DNA from: Squalus acanthias
Lineage: Eukaryota
DNA length: 64,000 nt
Direction: 5' to 3'
Assembly (NCBI GenBank): GCA_030390025.1
Contig: CM059452.1
Location: 7,812,001 to 7,876,000, forward strand
Below the pieces are notes generated by a model. That model saw only the letters and a program-made list of their open reading frames with translations, did no database searches and was not told the origin of the DNA. Shown one piece after another: positions 13,291-26,399 of the stretch. Position numbers and translations under genes: made by a program. Every line of letters begins with the position of its first letter. The stretch's first letter is position 1.

Positions 13291-14049
13291 CTGCACGATG
13301 TCACCAGGGGACATGGGAATAGGAAAATCTGGGGTTTGTGAAGGGAATGGAGGTGATGGGGAGAAATGAGCGAGAGGACAAGCAGAAAAGATGGGGATAA
13401 ATAGACGGAAAAAGCAGACGGGGAACGGAAAAACAAACAGTAGGTTCAAATTCTGAACTGGAACAATAGAAGTGATTGATTGAAAGGAATATCTGATCAA
13501 TGTACTCGTGCAGGTGAGTGAGCAACCCCTCGGTGGATCAGCCCCACCCATGTCTGCTTGCCATCTTTAAGTATCTGAGCATTGTACATATACAAGTGAA
13601 TGAGGCCCCTCACTGTGGACCAGCTCAGTGTCTGTCTGCTCTCAATGGTTAAAGATTTGAGCAATGTAGCTGTGCAGGTGAATGAAGCCACCTCCATAGA
13701 TCAGCTCTTTGCCAGTCTGTACACTTTGAGAGGGAGATAGATAAAGGTGAGAATGAGTACAGTGAGACAGAGAGACACCAACAGAGGGAGATTGAGTCAG
13801 GCGTGTATTTATAAATATAAAGTCACAAAAAGGGAACAGTTTAATAAGGGTTGTGCTGACTATTCCCCCATGAGGATAACCCCGGAAGCCGTGCAGCGGG
13901 GTAAAGGGATCGGCACTGTTCTGTGTAATACAAATGGATAATGAGAGGGCTGATTAATCAAAGCCTGACTGAGGTAGAGTGACTCACACGGACACTGGCA
14001 GAGAGAGTGACGCTGGCTGAAACTCAGAGACACACAAACAGATTGCAGA

Positions 14050-14870
14050 CTTTTTTTTATTCGTTAATGGGATGTGGGTGGCGCTGGCAAGACCAGCATC
14101 TATTTCCCATCCCTATTTGTCCTTGAGAAGGTGATGGTGAGCCGTCTTCTTGAACCGCTGCAGTCTGTGTGGTGAAGGTACTCCCACAGTGCTGTTAGGG
14201 AGGGAGTTCCAGGATTTTGACCCAGCGACAATGAAGGATCGGCGATATATTTCCATGTCGGGATGGTGTGTGCCTTGGAGGGTGGTGGTGTTCCCATGCA
14301 CCTGCTGCCTTTGTCCTTCTAGGTGGAAGAGGTCGCGGGTTTGGGAAGTGCTGCCGAAGAAGCCTTGGCGAGTTGCTGCAGTGCATCTTGTAGATAGTAC
14401 ACACTGCAGCCACGGTACGCTGGTGGTGGATGGAGTGAATGTTTAAGGTGGTGGATGGGGTGCCAATCAAGCGGGCTGCTTTGTCCTCAATGGTGTCGAG
14501 CTTCTTGACTGTTGTTGGAGCTGCAATCATCCAGGCAAGTGGAGAGTATTCCATCACACTCCTTACTTGTGCCTTGTAGATGGTGGAAAGGCTTTGGGGA
14601 GTCAGGAGGAGAGACACTCGCCGCAGAATACCTAGCCTCTGACGTGCTCTTGTTGCCACACCATGGGCCAGTTAAGTTTACATAGAACATAGAACAGTAC
14701 AGCACAGTACAGGCCCTTCGGCCCTCGATGTTGTGCCGAGCATTGTCCGAAACCAAGATCAAGCTATCCCACTCCCTATCATTCTGGTGCGCTCCATGTG
14801 CTTATCCAATAACCATTTCTGGTCAATGGTGACCCCCGGGATGTTGATGGTGGGGGATTCGGCGATGGTG
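14050..14870 (-). mobile_element. non-LTR retrotransposon 3' fragment (second LINE family) with a nested CR1 tail at ~14680-14815
   Basis: ORF 14195-14659 (IYKAQVRSVMEYSPLAW) and the LQRFKKTAHHHLLK end. Confidence 0.8.
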
Positions 14871-15734
14871 TGGACATTAGTGAACTAAATCGTTTTTTAC
14901 AACAATACGATAGTTTCATGGTTACCATTACTGATACTAGCTTTTTATTTCAGATTTATTTTAATTAACTGAATTTAAACTGATAGTTCAGGGAAGTGGC
15001 GTTGAGGTAGAAGATCAGCCATGATCTTATTGAATGGCGGAGCAAGCTCGAAGGGCCAAATGGCCGACTCCTGCTGCTATTTCTTATGCTTTTATGTTCT
15101 TAGTCTTTTGTATTCAGTCGGTCCTCTGACTATCTGGCACGGAGCCAAGAACACACCATGTGTGTCCTTAGAGATTATTATTCGATTAATGTTTGTTCAT
15201 CAGCTTCTTCTCTTGTCCTGAATTTGACCTTCTGGAACCTGCTTTTACTGCAGATTCTCACTTTATATATGGGCAAGTCTCTATAATTTTGAGAAATGTT
15301 CAATAAAGTTATTAGAATTATACGGGTCTTCCCCACCCGACCTATCTCTGTCTACACTGTAGACTGATATTTCAAACCAATCATTATTTGTCCGTTTGCC
15401 GTGCGTTATATCCGAAGCAGCGGTGCACCAGATACAGGCCACCCGCAGGTGTGTTTATTCTCAATGGGACTGGCGCTTCCTAAAGATACAGAAATACACA
15501 TCAACCATTTTTGATCTCATGCAGTTAATACAATAATCAGACGGAATCAGTATTCGATGTGAACGGTTGTATATGAGTTTGATGTGGATTCTGCTCGGGG
15601 ACTGCGCGCACAGGAATGTAGTCACGTGTCAGTGTCTGACCCGCTGTGATAAACAGCCCACAACAGGCAGCAGCTGTGACACAGAAACCTGCGGCAGTTA
15701 TTGGACGAGGCTTTAGCTCGTTCCCATCACTGTG

Positions 15735-16037
15735 AGCCTCAGTGCGCAGTAATATACCGCGGTGTCAGTCAGCCGCAGCCCGAGATGGTCAATCGGTACA
15801 ACTTGTCTGACTGCTGGACTGTATCAGAAAACCGGCCTTGAGCGAAATCCGCCTGATATTCAGAACCGCCGCTCGTGTACCTCCGGACTGCAAACTCGGG
15901 CTGTCTGCCTGGGTATTGACGGTACCAGAATAAGTAATATCCATCGCCGGGATAGGTGTAGGTTAAAGTGGCCTCTTCTCCCTCTGTCTGTGTGAGCGAG
16001 GACTCCCGCTGAGTAACAGAATCTCCATCGCTCAGAT
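15735..16037 (-). pseudogene. TCR V pseudogene (V6)
   Basis: Exon GDSVTQ..ATLTYTY (first Cys->Tyr)..LFWYRQYP..LTIS[-1 G]..DTAVYYCALR; heptamer 15728-15734, weak nonamer 15696-15704; no leader found. Confidence 0.85.
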
Positions 16038-16134
16038 CTGGAACACACGGTTATAGAAAGCGGAAATCATCGGTTAAAGGTTCAAACTGAACCAACTGAC
16101 GGTGAAAATGCGCAGCGAGTTTTACATAAAATTA

Positions 16135-16385
16135 AATAGAATTTACTGCACAGAAAAAGATAATTTGTCCCAACCAGTCTATGCCGTGTTTATGCTCCAC
16201 ACAAGCCTTCACCCAGCCTTCTTCATCTCCCCCTATCAACATATCCTTCTATTCCTTTCTCCCTCGTGTACTTATCTAACTTCCCCTTCAATGAATCGAT
16301 GCTGTTCGCCTCAACTATTGCTTGTGGCAGCGGATTCTGCATTCTAACCTTGGTAAAGACGTTTCTCCAGAATTCACCATTGGAT
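16135..16385 (-). mobile_element. CR1 3' fragment
   Basis: similar to the 3' ends of other CR1 copies in the window. Confidence 0.6.
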
Positions 16386-17119
16386 TTTTTGTGATTATGT
16401 AGATGAAGATGTTCAGCGTGTTTCTCTTACTGTCAGTAATCAGGCTGAGGTGGTTGACGGGGCTCGGGTTTAATTAACCTTCTGCTGGGGACAAACAAGG
16501 GGAAGATTTCCTCTGATCTCCCAAACACAGCGGGAAATCTCGTCCGATCGCTAGTTTAGTAGAATCGTCATTCATTGTTTTAGAATGCGTTCACTATGTC
16601 ACTAGAAGTAGCGACCAGAGGAAATCTGCCGCACAGAGCGGACACCTCGGTGTAGAAACGAATGTTACAGGAGAATGAAATTATTGCTCTCGGTGAGCCG
16701 TCACACACCGTCAGAAATTAAACCAACACTCAAAAACGGGAAGGTTTAGAGCCTTTTGAATATAATCCCAAATCTAAGCAAAGCTGCACACTTCTGTGCT
16801 GGTTTAAGGGGTGTGGAAATGAAATAAACACAGCGGCAGTGAGGAGGGAAACTTGAAATTGAACAGACATTACACGGTACATTGGGCTATTAAACCTGCG
16901 GGTTACCTCCTGTTCATTCCTCATTATAGAGTGAATTAAATCTAAAATCATACTCCTTTATTCAGAGCTGTTGGGAGCTGCCCTGTCGGAATATTCTGTC
17001 CTGACAGTAACTGTCCTAATCAGACCATCACAGGCGGGTATTCCGGCCTCACACTCTTCTATTTACACGCGGTGTGCTGCAGTTTTTGTACAGGACGGGC
17101 ACAGAGCTGTGCAGCTGTG

Positions 17120-17563
17120 ACTCTCAGAGCGCAGTAATACACGGCGCCGTCTGACAGCTCCGCCCCAGAAACTCTCAGCCGAACCGTGCTCTCCTCTGCG
17201 CTTAGCCCTGCTGTGAAACGGCCCTTGGCGAAGTCGGCTGGGAAGGTGTTGTATTTGATGATGAACAACAGTATTACTGGGGCTCGACCGGGAATCTGCC
17301 GGTACCAGAAAAGCTCAGGGTTTGTATCTGTTGTTGTAAAACTACAATTCAACCTCACCGTTTCTCCTTCCCGCACCATCCTGGGCGAATAGTATTGGTG
17401 CACGGAATCGCCGCCAACGTTATTGGCTGGAAGAGAAATTGACCATTTATAAATATCTGCGCCATTAACCGGACCTATTGGTGTCTTTTCTGCTCGGATT
17501 CCACATGTACTTACACAGCACAGAGAGCGCCAACACTACACTGAAATAAACAGGGAAACACAT
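17120..17563 (-). CDS. TCR alpha/delta-type V segment, intact (V7)
   Basis: Leader 17515-17563 MCFPVYFSVVLALSVL; exon 17120-17426 GDSVHQ..RLNCSF..LFWYRQIPG..ADFAKGRF..DGAVYYCALR; RSS CACAGCT 17113-17119, 23-bp spacer, ACAAAAACT 17081-17089. Confidence 0.92.
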
Positions 17564-18751
17564 CGCTGTCAGCGGGTCACAATATGAGCATCGACCCTTT
17601 CTCTGCTGTAGCAAAAACTGCCACCAGTACAGGACCAGGCTGAGCTATTGAACCCTGTGACAGGCATAGAAAGGGAAGTGACCCTGTAACTATGTCACAT
17701 CCGTTTGGGATAATTTCACACCATCAGGGAGCGGGGGTAAGAATTGCTCTCGTCACTGTGGGGGCAGCAACATCGGAAATGTTTCAATTGAGATTCCTCT
17801 GGTCGGCATTTCTAGGGAAATCATAAACGATTCCTTTTTTACCTACTTAATTGCAAAAAGAACGTATTTAAGATCAATTTAGAGAGAGACTAGAGGAAAT
17901 CTTCGTGGAACGATTTAAGATTCGCTGCACTCAGTGAACAGAGACACTATCCCCCTCCCTTGATTCATTGCATGTAGCAGTGGCACTTTTCATAGACAGT
18001 GTTGAGCTGCCCTTAGCTTTACCCAGGGACAATAAATTATTTTTGATATAGCAAATACCGACCGAGAGACTATGGAAATTCGCTCCACGGCGCCACCAAT
18101 TGGAAGGAGCCAGAAACTACATGCTGACTGCTCTCCTTGATCACTGTTGCCGCCTAGTGTCTCTTTAACTCTCCTTCTGAGCTCATTTCATAGACACACA
18201 GAATCTTACAGCACGGAAGGTGACCTTTGCCCCGTTGTGCCTGTGCTGTTAGAACCACTGCCCTGCTCTTTCTCCATAGCCCTGAAAATGTTTCCTTTTC
18301 AAGTATATATCAAATTCCATTTTACAAATTTCTTTTTATATGGAAGGCAGCATCCTACACAAGAGTTGTACCAATGTATAGAGAGAAAATGTAGACCTTT
18401 GGTCCTCGGAAATTGCTCGGAGCGCCTCTGTGTGGGTGTGTCTCCCTCAATCGCTATATAAAGATGAGAGATAATTATATAGAAAAATGAATAAAAGGAA
18501 GACAGAAGGAGGATGTAAAGTTTGGTTTGTAATATTGGAAATTAATGACTGGTTGAAGCTGTTCCCGGTAACCTCGCCAGAAGCAGGCTGTTTAAAATCG
18601 ATTCAATATACCCATTTGAGTTTGTTGTAAAGTGTTTGTGCTACAGAGCAGCAGCAGGTTATTGGGAAAGAGACGGACACAAGTTCCTCGCAGGTCTCTG
18701 TCTCTCTCTCTCACTGTGGAAGCTGAATTCTCGCTTCTGTTTATCGGTGTG

Positions 18752-19050
18752 TCTCTGTTTATATTATACTAGGCCCTGTTTCAGTTATCACTGACCTGGA
18801 GATTTTTGCTGTTTGTATTAAACTCGGCCCAGTCTCTGTTAATATTACACTAGGCCCTGTCTCAATTATACTGAACTAGACTCTATCTCTTTTTATATTA
18901 TACTAGGCCCTGTTTCAGTTATTGCTGCCCTAGACATTGTCGCTGTTTATATTAAACCAGGTCCTGTCTCTGTTTATATTACACTCGGCCCTGTCTCAGT
19001 TATACTGCACTAGGCCCTATCTCTGTTTATATTACACTAGGCCCTGACTC
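18752..19050 (+). repeat. ~28-bp minisatellite (CTCTGTTTATATTACACTAGGCCCTGT-like)
   Basis: tandem units; reverse-complement arrays at 23220-23640 and 24160-24460. Confidence 0.75.
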
Positions 19051-19099
19051 AAATGGCCCAACAAATTACCAGAGTAATTAAAACATTTTGAAAAACTGA

Positions 19100-19590
19100 A
19101 AGGGGATATGCGGTCTCAGCCGTACAGCATAACATCAGTTATTAAAAGAGGCAATAATCTAAATGACCTGTTGGTCGGCAGCAGAGTACAGGCAATGCAA
19201 AACTGGCGTGACAAGCATAGTGGAACACGTAAATACCTCAACATCCAAAAAATGATACAAAACAGGAGCACGGGAAAGACAGCCTTAATAAACCAAAATA
19301 TTGCATGTGAACAGCCCAATGTAATCTATGGCAATCCGATGCAAACATCTTATATAAAAAGGAACAGGAAACAATTAAACAACCAGGCTTACAGGGCACC
19401 TCAGTGCCACTAGAACAGAACATGAAAAGAAAGCTATCACCAGACATTTGATGGAACGTGAAGTTCAGTCCCTGGAAATTATGGGGCTTGAAACCAATAG
19501 GAGCTGGCCAACCCCACAAAGGAAGAAGAGAGAGACGCTGTAATGCAAAATTAGAAACCCAGTTACCAAATGGCCTCAATCAAATATAAA
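19100..19590 (+). mobile_element. Penelope-like element remnant (GIY-YIG endonuclease end)
   Basis: Across frameshifts: KRGNNLNDLLV, NVIY.IRC..YI, TTRLTGHLS, QRKKRE and terminal KLETQLPNGLN* (PxGLN signature). Confidence 0.7.
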
Positions 19591-19614
19591 GCACGAAAAC
19601 GCTGATCCAGAGTC

Positions 19615-19945
19615 AAACCTAAAGTATCCCCCTAAAACTAACCCAACTACCATGGAAACCCTACTCTAACCCTCACCATAACCCTATCTCATAAACCGTT
19701 ACCCTAACCCGAAACCGAACCCGAACTCCAACACCAACACTAACCCGAACCCTAACCCCTACCCTAACACTAACTCACAAACCCTAACCCTAACCCAACA
19801 CCAACACCAACACTATTCCCAAACACGATCCCTAATCCGAACCCTAAACCGAACCCTAACCCCTACCTGAACCGTAATTACACTAACCCTAATGACTCCA
19901 ACACCAAAGACGCTAACGCTAACCGAAAACCCGCACCCTAAAATA
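19615..19945. repeat. degenerate interstitial telomere-like (CCCTAA)n array
   Basis: CCCTAA, CCGAA and CACCAA variants in hexamer register. Confidence 0.8.
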
Positions 19946-20049
19946 CCTTCAACCATGATCTTTATCTCTATCTTAAGCAAGACTACTCTTTCAACTAGAT
20001 ATTACCACGTTGAAGAGTGTAACATATGCCTTGAAACCCAAATATAACC

Positions 20050-20870
20050 CGAGCTTGGGCTAGATAATGGCAAGTAGAAATGGACAAAATGCAATAAAAG
20101 GCGTGAGACTCTTGTCTCATTATTAAATCTAATGAGAGGGCAAAAAAGGCGAGGGAATGCATAATAAATGGTAAGATACCTAGAAGTGTAGAGGAACAGA
20201 TGGACCTTGGAGTGCATGTCCACAGATCCCTGAAGGTAGCAGGACAGGTAGAGAAGGTGGTTAAGAAGGCAAACAGGATACTTTCCTTTAATAGCATGGA
20301 ATATATGACCAGGGTGGTTTTGCTAGAACTGTATAAAACACTATTTAGGTCACAGCTAGTGTACTGCGTCCAGTTCTTGTCACCGCATTACAGGAAAAAT
20401 GTGATTGCACGAGAGAGGGTACAAAGGAGATTTACGAGGATGTTGCCAGGACTGGAGAATTTTAGATCTGAGGAAAGATTGGATAGGCTGGTGTTGTTTT
20501 CTTTGGAACAGATGAGGTTGTGGGCAGATTTAATTGAGGTGTATAAAATTATGAGAGGCCGCGATAGAATGGATAGGAAGGACCTATTTCCCTTAGCAGA
20601 GACGTCAATAACCAGAGGGCATAGATTTAAAGTAATTGGTAGAAGGATTAGAGGGGAGTTGAGGAGAATTATTTTCACCCAGAGGGTGGTAGGGGTTTTG
20701 AACTCACTGCCTGAAAGGGTGGTAGAGGCAGAAACCCTCAGGACATTTAAAAAGTACTTGGATATGCAGTTGAAGTGCCGTAACCTACAGGGCTACGGAC
20801 CAAGAGCTGGAAAGGGGGATTAGGCTGGAGAGCTCTTTTTCGGCCGGCAGAGACACGATGGGCGCAATAG
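20050..20870 (+). mobile_element. CR1 fragment
   Basis: ORF 20200-20823, CR1 C-terminal motifs. Confidence 0.9.
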
Positions 20871-21104
20871 TACTTGGATATGCATTGCTGATGATAAACA
20901 TCTACTGCAGGCGCCAGAGTTTTCTTTTAAACATGATTCATAATTCCACAGACAACAACTTGCACTGACCCAGTGACGTTCACCCAGAGGAGTTTCTGAG
21001 AACAAACCACAAGAGGGCCAAGAGATCAGGAGGAATTAAGGGAGGAAGGAACACAATTACTGCTATATATTCTGAGGAGGTTTTTATGGGAAGTTATGAA
21101 GTTA

Positions 21105-22995
21105 TATAAGAACGTAAGAATTAGGAGCAGGAGTGGGCCACACGGCCGCTAGAGCCTTCTCCGCCATTCAATAAGATCATGGCTGATGTTCGACCTCAAT
21201 GCCACTTTCCCGCCCGATCCCCGTAGCCCTTGAATCCCCTAGAGTCCAAAAATCTATCTCCCTCAACCTTGAATATATTAAGGACTCAGCATTTACAGCT
21301 CTTTGGGTAGAGAATTCCAATGATTCACAACCCTCTGAGTGAAGAAATTCCTCCTCATCTCGGTCTTAAATGGCCTACCCCTTATCCTGAGACTATGCCC
21401 CCTAGTTCTAGATACTCCAGCCAGGGGAAACAACCTCTCAGCATCTACCCTGTCAATCCCCTTCAGAATCTTGTATGTTTCAATGAGATCACCTCTCATT
21501 CTTCTAAACTCCAGAGAGTATAGGCACATTCTACACAATCTCTCATCATAGGACAGCCCTCTCATCCCAGGGATCAATCTGGTAAACATTCGTTGCACAG
21601 CCTGCAAGGCAAGTATGTCCTTCCTCAGATAAGGAGACCAAAACTGTGCACAGTACTCCAGGTGTGTTCTCACAAAAACCGTGTAAAATTGTAGTAAGAC
21701 TTCCTTACTCTTGTACTCCAACCCCCTTGCAATAACGGCCAACAATTCATTTGCCTTCCTAATTGCTTGCTGTACCTGCATGCTAACTTTTTGTGTTTCC
21801 TGTAGGAGGACACCCAGATCTCTCTGAACACCAACATTTAGTAGTTGCTCACAATTTAAAAATATTCAGCTTTTCTATTCTTCCTACCAAAGTGAATAAC
21901 CTCACATTTCCCCACATTATACTCCATCTGCCATCTCATTGCCCACTCACTTATTCTGTCTATATCCCTTTGCAGGCAATTTGTGTCCTCCTCACAGCTT
22001 ACTTTCCGACCTAGCTTTGTATCATCAGAAAACTTGATACATTACACTCGGTCCCTTCAGCTAAGTCATTAAAATGGATTCTAATCAGCTGAGGCCCCAG
22101 CACTGATCCTTGCCGTACCCATTTGTTACAGCCTGCCAATCCGAAAATGACATGTTTATCACTACTCTCTGTTTTCTGTCCGTTAGACAATCCTCTATCC
22201 ATGCTAATACATTACCCCCAACCTTATGAGCCTTTACGTTGCGAAGCAAACGTTTATGTGGCAGCTTATCGAATGCCTTTTGGAAATCCAAATATAATAC
22301 ATCCACTGGTTCCCCTTTATCTACCCTGTTAGTTGCTTCCTCAAAAACTCTAATACATTTGTTAAACATGATTTCGCTTTCATACAACCATGTTGACTCT
22401 GCCTAATCATATTAAGATAGTATAAGTGCCCTGTTACCACTTCCTTTATAATGGATTCCAACAGTTTCCCGACGATTGGTGTCAGGCGAACTGGCCTGAA
22501 GCTCCCTGTTTTCTTTCTCCCTCCTTTCCTGAATATCAGGATCACATTTGCTACTTTGCAATCTACTGGGAACCTTTTAGAATCCAGGAAATTTGGAAAA
22601 TCACAACCAATCCATCCACCTGTTTTAGGACCCTCGGATGTAGGCCATCAGGTCCAGGGTATTTTTCGGTTTTTAGTCCTATTAGTTTCTCAAGTACCTT
22701 TTATCTACTGATATTAATGACATTAGGTACCTCACTCTTATTAGTCCCTTGATCCCCCATTATTTTGGTATGCTTTTTGTGTCTTCTACTGTGAAGACAG
22801 ATACAAACTATTTGTTTGAAGTCTCTGCCATTTCCTTATCCCCATTATAATATCACCTGTCTCAGCCTCTAAGGGACCAACGCTTACTTTTGCTTCTCTC
22901 TTCTTTTTTGCATACTTTGCTCTTACAATCTGTTTTTATATTTGTTGCTAGTTTACTCTCAGATTCTATTTTCTCCCTTTTTATCAAATTTTTGG
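21105..22995 (-). mobile_element. CR1 fragment (decayed RT)
   Basis: ORFs 22321-22545, 22085-22387 (YLDFQKAFDK) and 21293-21781. Confidence 0.9.
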
Positions 22996-23219
22996 AAGAA
23001 GCTGGCAATGAAGAAGGGAAACGCAACTGCAAAACCCACACATCTCCTCTAATGGTGGAGGAGGAGGAACCGATGCCTTTGAGTGTCTTGTGGGCAACTG
23101 CGCATGTGTGTCACTCTTACGCCGGGTTGAAACTTGCTGCAATGAAGAGCGCACGGAAACTGCTCACATTTCAAAAGCATTTGAAATGTAGAACTGCAAG
23201 TCCGAGATCTACTTTCCAC

Positions 23220-24460
23220 TATTACATATGTTTATATTACACCAGACAAGATCTAGTGCAGTAATAAATGAGACAGGGTCTGGTGTAATATAAACAGATG
23301 CATGGTCTACTATAGTAATAAGTAAGATAGGGACATGTGTAGTATAAACAGGGACATGGTCTAGTGCAGTAATAACTGAGACAGGGTCTAGTGTAATATA
23401 AACAGAGGCACGGTCTAGTGCAGTAATATCTGAGACAGGGTCGAGTATATTATGAACAGAGACATTGTCCAGTGTAATCTAAACAGAGAACAGGGTCTAG
23501 TGTAATATAAACTGAGACATGGTCTAGTGCGGTAATAACTGAGACAGAGTGCTGTGGAATATAAAGAGAGACAGGGTCTAGTGTAATATAAACAGAGACA
23601 GGGTCTATGTATGTAATAAATGAGAAAGAGCCTAGTCTAGTATTCTGCACCCATGAGGACGGCCTCAACCGGGATCTTGGGTTCATGTCACGCTACATGT
23701 AACCCCACCTGACGTAGAGTCATCCAGACTCGAGTCGTCATTGGCTTGTTCTCTCTACACAGATGCGGCCGGACCTGCTGTGATTTCCAGCAAAAAAAGT
23801 TTTTTTGTTTTCCATACAGACCCCAGCATCTGCCACATTTGACCCCTTGTGACCCCACCTCATTGTATTTGATGTAATGTTTTCCTGACTGACCTGTTTG
23901 GACACCATCCACACCTGTGATTGCCGTGATTATCTCTCTGCCGAGGTGTGATAAATGGCAGTTAGAAAGATTAACTGTAATCATCTGGCAGTGTTCTCTG
24001 ACTATATATGCTGTGCCTATATGCATCTCTTCACTTCACCTGACGAAGGAGCAGCGCTCCGAAAGCTTGTGATTTCAAATAAAGCTGTTGGACTATAACC
24101 TGGTGTTGTGCGACTTCTCACATTTGTCCACCCCAATCCAACACCGGCATCTCCACATCATAGTGTTATTAGAACAGAGGCAGGGTCTAGTGCAGTAATA
24201 AATGAGACAAGGTCTTGTGTAATATCAACACATTCCGGGTCTAGTGTAATATAATCAGCGACGTGTTCGACTGCAGTATAACTGAGACAGGGCCTAATGC
24301 AATAACAACAGAGATATCGTGTAGAGTAATATAAAGGGCGAAATTGTTTTTTGCCGTAATAACTGAGACAGGGTCGAGTGTAATAAGCTGAGACTCCGTC
24401 TAATATAAAAGAAACAGAGGGAATGGTTTAGTGCAGTGATAACTGAGAGAGGGCCGAGTG
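23220..24460 (-). repeat. ~28-bp minisatellite (inverse of 18752-19050) interrupted by a retroelement-derived insert at ~23645-24160
   Basis: units such as CTAGTGTAATATAAACAGAGACAGGGT. Confidence 0.75.
24035..24073 (+). ncRNA. minimal type-I hammerhead ribozyme motif (Penelope pLTR type)
   Basis: TCAC-CTGACGA-a-GGAGC agc GCTCC-GAAA-gc-TT-GTGA: both core boxes, 5-bp stem II, 4-bp stem I, palindromic AAGCTT stem III; AATAAA follows. Confidence 0.7.
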
Positions 24461-24487
24461 TATTCGAACAGAACAGATGAAAATGCT

Positions 24488-25015
24488 GTGTGCCAGATAG
24501 GTCCAAAGCTCTCAGAATATTTTCCAGGGTTTGTGCTCTCTGTCAGATATTCTCCTGTTTCAGGGAATAATTCCCAGGGTTTGTATACGCTGGTGTGTCA
24601 GATCGGCCCCAGGCTCGGGGAATCATTCCCAGGGTTTGTGTTCTCTGGTGTATCAGATAGGCCCCAGGCTCGGGGAATCATTCCCAGGGTTTGTGCTCTC
24701 TGGTGTGTCAGATAGGCCCCAGGCTCGGGGAATCATTCCCAGGGTTTGTGCATTCTGGTGTATCAGATAGATCCTAGGATCTGGAAATCATTCCCAGGGT
24801 TTGTAAATTCTGGTGTGTCAGATAAGTCCCAGGATCTGAGAATCATTCCCAAGGTTTGTGCTCTCTCGTGTGTCAGCTAGGTCCCAGGCTCTGGGAACCC
24901 TTCCCAGGGTATGTATTTTCCGTGTGTCAGATCGGTCCCAGGCTCTGAGGATCTTTCCCAGGGTTTTTCACTCTGGTGTGTCAGATAGGTCCCAGTCTCT
25001 GAGAATCATTCCCAG
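24488..25015. repeat. ~55-bp tandem repeat, about 9 copies
   Basis: CCCAGGGTTTGTGCTCTCTGGTGTGTCAGATAGGCCCCAGGCTCGGGGAATCATT units; a single inverted copy near 50155-50230. Confidence 0.85.
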
Positions 25016-26399
25016 TTTTATCAAATCATTTGAAATGAACCTCCATATAACCAATGGGGTTGTGTTTTACCAGTATGAGTATATTGTTGCTGGGCAGATT
25101 TGTGTACAAATAGGTCCCACTCATGATAGGTGGGTTGTAGTTGGCTTTCTATCTCTGATCAGCGGGCTGGAAACTGCTCGTTGATTTTTTTGCACAGAAC
25201 CAACAGATGTTTCCTGTAAGTTACATTGTGAGTTCTCGCCCCTCCCTGACGGGGAAATGATGAGTTTCTCGCATAAACTGTGTGGGAGAGATATGGAGTG
25301 AGTGTGGGTGGGAGCGAAGTGGAATTTAACTCTTCAACTACTGAATCAATAGGCAACGTCCATAGAAAATATATTTCTTATGGCATGACCTTAAAAAATA
25401 TGACGTTTCGTGTGTGACATGTGCATAACTGAATAAAATACGATTGGAGAAATGCAAAGAGTTTGAGACATTCATCAATAAAAGGCAATTCTCCTCTGAT
25501 TGAATGCGATATTCTATTACAATCCTGCAGAAGGCAATGGAAGCTGTGCTGGAATCACATAAACATAGAGCGGCACAGTTATAAAGAAGGCAATAACCGA
25601 TATAACAGTTCTTGGTTCCATTGGTAATTTTCTCCTTGACCCCATAACCTGCAGTCTGCCGATTTATTGTCCCAGTGATGGAGCCTCTGACCGTGAACTA
25701 TAGTTACTCACTGAGGTTTTGGTCTAATTGTCATTGACAGTCTTTATATTTTAAAATGAAACACGCTCCGGTCCAGCTGTGAGAGACGTGCACTTGGCAT
25801 CAGAGCAGCTGGTAACAGCTGGGTTAAGGGCAGCACTGAATCAAACTGCACGATGGTGACACTCAATTAAAGCATTTAACTTAATGAGTTCCCTTTCCTG
25901 GTGCAAATTAGAAATGTTACCTCAAACTAGTAATATCCCAAATCTACGACTGTAATTGCTCCTTTAATCGGTTCACACTGGTCGATACTGTTTAATCTGC
26001 AGTGTTGAGGATATTTCCATGGTCGGTGGGACAGTAATGTAACTGCGATTAGAAAGGCAGGCAGCGTGATTGAATTCTCACCCAGACAGCTTGGGGCGGA
26101 CCGTGCGGTCTCCTCACACCCACACAGATCGGTGTAGATCTTAACTTTTACAACTTAGAATTGTTCAGAGTGAAATAAAGTGACAGTCTTCACACATGTG
26201 AACTGAGATCCAGTGCCCGACTGAGTAAGTGATGATTGTATTCAGTGCAGTGCTGCGCAGGCGCGATGGATGCTATCTGACAATGTGTGAGGTTATTCCC
26301 AAACTTCGCTTTCCCTCCTGTAAAACCGGGACAAATATCATCAACTCTTGTGTCCTTTTCCCTTCCATCCCACAAGCAGTTGCCGATCGGAAAAAGAAA

